DNA of 64,000 nucleotides from Catajapyx aquilonaris (Eukaryota): NCBI GenBank assembly GCA_000934665.2, contig JYFJ02000966.1, positions 1 to 64,000 of the forward strand, read 5' to 3'. Shown piece by piece: positions 61,194 to 64,000 of this stretch (position 1 is its first letter; each line of letters starts with the position of its first letter). The notes under the pieces were generated by a model. It saw only the letters and a program-made list of their open reading frames with translations, ran no database searches and was not told where the DNA came from. The position numbers and the translations under genes were made by a program.

Positions 61194-64000
61194 GGCGCTT
61201 ATGTATAAAACTCTTTAGTACCACTTGTATCAACACCATAATGGCAGCTTGTATAAACTGCAATTATGGCAATTATGGAAGGAATTACGTGTTGTGGGTA
61301 CCCGCATCACGTAATCAGAGATTTTTGCTTTAATTTGGTTCGATGCTTGTGCTTGATATCCGAATTATATTCGTACCCCTAATTTATTGTGCATGACGAC
61401 TTGAGAGCAGCTGACAGAAGTAAACGATTCAGAATCCGAGGCCCAAAAAATGGGTCCCACGAGGAGCAGAATGGAGGGGAATGATGATGGGTGGAAAGAA
61501 AATGAAAATCGGGGCCCGGGGCCCAATTATTGTCATTTCCTGGGCTTTTTGGGATGGGCTTCAGGGAGAGATCTTGAGTGGCGGCAGCACGCGAGCCGGA
61601 AAATAAAGCCGCTTTTTTTTCCTTCTTCTTCTTCTTCTTCTCTGCTGTTCTACCTCTCTTCTTGTACATAAACCCTCATCCTCCCTCGATCAAGGAAGAG
61701 GGGCAAAAGATGGTTGGTGGTGGTGCTGGGGTACCCCTGATGGGTGGCCTCGAATTCTCCCACACTCTCTTCTAGGGGCCCACACTCTCTTATCGCCTCA
61801 CCTGCACTTCTTGCTGGGAAAATTAATTGCCGGCCGGTATTGCCTTCAACGTCGACATAGGAACAACATAACTGGTTATTCGCTACTGAATTTTTTGGCA
61901 AGGTGCTTGCTTCGAGAAAAAAGGGGGGTCTAATATACTGTATGGTGATCACAATGGGAGCAGTTGATCAATGTCTTTCAGGGCCCTATAATCTGCACGC
62001 CTAATGTCGACCATCTATGTAAAACTAGTGAACCTTGGTGCCAAAATATTTGGCAAAACCTATACAATGAGTATGACAATAACAAACAACTTTAATGAGA
62101 TAGCCCATCGATTTTACCACGTAGTATTACTCTTCACGCATAGATGGCGCATGCTCCCTCTGAACACTCCTGTCACTCTCAAGCCGTGCGGGAGAGAGTG
62201 GTACTATCAGGTCGGGCAAACATTCGACGTAGAGATGAATAAGCCTATTATGAGAAAGACGTTAGAGGTAAACAACTATAAGCCTGGATCTTAATATCCT
62301 ATGTGCTGTATTTTAGAAACCATTAATCGTGACGAATGCCTTCGTAAATATGCTAAAATCGCCCTTAAACCCTGATTTAATTATGTCAAATCCGGGTTAA
62401 CTCGCCTTAAAAGAGCGGGTCCGGTGTTAATAAAAACAAGGAGGGGGGTTTTTGCTTCAGCCTCATTTTCTGAGGCCCTTGCTGAGAACCATAAATTGCC
62501 GTGTCGGATGCCTCATTAGTCATGTTCTCCACGGGTTGGCGCCAAAGCAATGGATTCAAATTCTGATTCGTCATGACCGGAATAGGATTTTTCAGCAATT
62601 ATTATCAGAAGAAGGTCACGAGAGCAATTTGAATAAATTAAGTTTGGCCTGTAACGCATTACAAATGCACTCTTGTAACTTTTCCACTAAGCAAGTGCTC
62701 GGCACTTGTAACGGAAATGTTTTCAATCTTCATACATAGAATACTGTAAATTGAAGTTGTAATTTTAAAATTCGTCTGTTTTCCATTTAAAATTCACTGT
62801 ACGAAATGTTGTTGCTGAATGTTTTGACTAAGTGCGTGATTCATTTTTGTGACACACCTTACCTAAGATTTATTTATTATTTGAGCACCGATTGTGATAC
62901 CTAATAGCTTTGGAAGCAATTAGTTTGTGAGTTGACCTGATAACCCGCTGATAATCCGAGTTTCTTGAATGAAAGGCAGTATATATCGAAGGGGAGTATT
63001 CAGATGTTGTTCAGGTGGAGCCCCCATTTGACTCTAAGGGGCTTGCATTTTTACAAGGGTCTTCTCTTCCTTCCATTCGAAGCAGTTATGTAGGGCTTGG
63101 GGGGGCCAAACTGGAGCCCTTTTTTGTGCCCCATGTATATAGTAGGGTGAGGTCGAACATATATATATAAAAAAGGAAAGAAGACTAAAAAAATCCTGCG
63201 GGGAAGGAGCAGGATGGACCCTCTTTTCCAAATCAGTCCCGCCTCCCTAATAAGGCCCCAAAAGGGGTTTCTTTCGATTTAATTGGGAAACTTTTCCAAT
63301 GAGTACTTGGATATATATTTTTTTTATATTCCAGGACTAACAAGCCCGCGCCGTTGCAGCCTGCAATTAACTGATCTCCTGCCCATATCAATCGGTTACT
63401 CACACATCCGGTATGCCAAGTGTTTTATAGACGCTGCGTTTCTTGAGCCAGAGTTATGTCGGGTTATGCTCGATTTTGGCGAGTTTCACCCGAGGTGCTA
63501 GGACCGTTTTTTTGTGTGATTATTTTTATATATTGCTAGGGTAGGTTAAGGTATTGCTGCATCTGCTGTAGGCGATGGCCGAAGCCACCACCACTCTCAT
63601 TTCGGTTCCTGAGCTATGTAATTTCTAGACCCGAGTGGAAAGGAGAGCCGTCAACACAAATAATCCAGGTGGACGCACAAGGGTTTTATTATACGGTGTG
63701 CTCTTGCTCTCCCCCAACAAATAATTGCCCGGAGCAGGCCTGGGGAAAACGCATCTCGGTTTGCATTTTTTGAAGGTGAATTTTTGGGGTGGCCAGAATC
63801 TCACCCCCCACCTGGCATTCTTCTTCTTTCATTGGAGAAACTGATGTACGCTGCTGATGACCTCTATTCTCTTCTAAAATTGATCTGAAAATTCTTAAAG
63901 CCTAAACATGTTGGAATAACACAGTATAATATACTTTACGGCTGTGTTAAATGTGTTCAGCCTTAAGAATTGACATCACAATGGACAACAATGACTGCCA

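Overview
This is eukaryotic nuclear DNA, most likely from an arthropod: genes have short GT-AG introns and include gustatory receptors. Most entries in the prokaryote-style ORF track are therefore single exons or spurious antisense frames. Gene order: phosphoglucomutase (-, 10 exons, 1.8-4.1 kb); one intronless 8.3-kb ORF (-, 2774 aa); a tandem gustatory receptor (GR) array with three intact genes and two pseudogenes (14-36 kb); RuvB-like 1/pontin (-); a Tret1-like sugar transporter (-); Sec61-alpha (-); then about 17 kb with no coding sequence I can recognise. MITEs and a tRNA-derived SINE are scattered throughout. The standout is the 2774-aa ORF. It reads as ankyrin - PD-(D/E)xK-like nuclease - NB-ARC/STAND ATPase - 11 TPR repeats - ankyrin - Cys-flanked furin loop (RKKR) - hydrophobic translocation-like helices - RTX-like/beta-rich region - latrotoxin C-terminal-like domain. 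That amounts to an NLR-like nuclease switch fused to an AB-toxin-like delivery module, resembling proteins of Wolbachia/phage WO-type endosymbionts, sitting intact among intron-rich host genes. All domain calls come from motif recognition by eye, not database searches.
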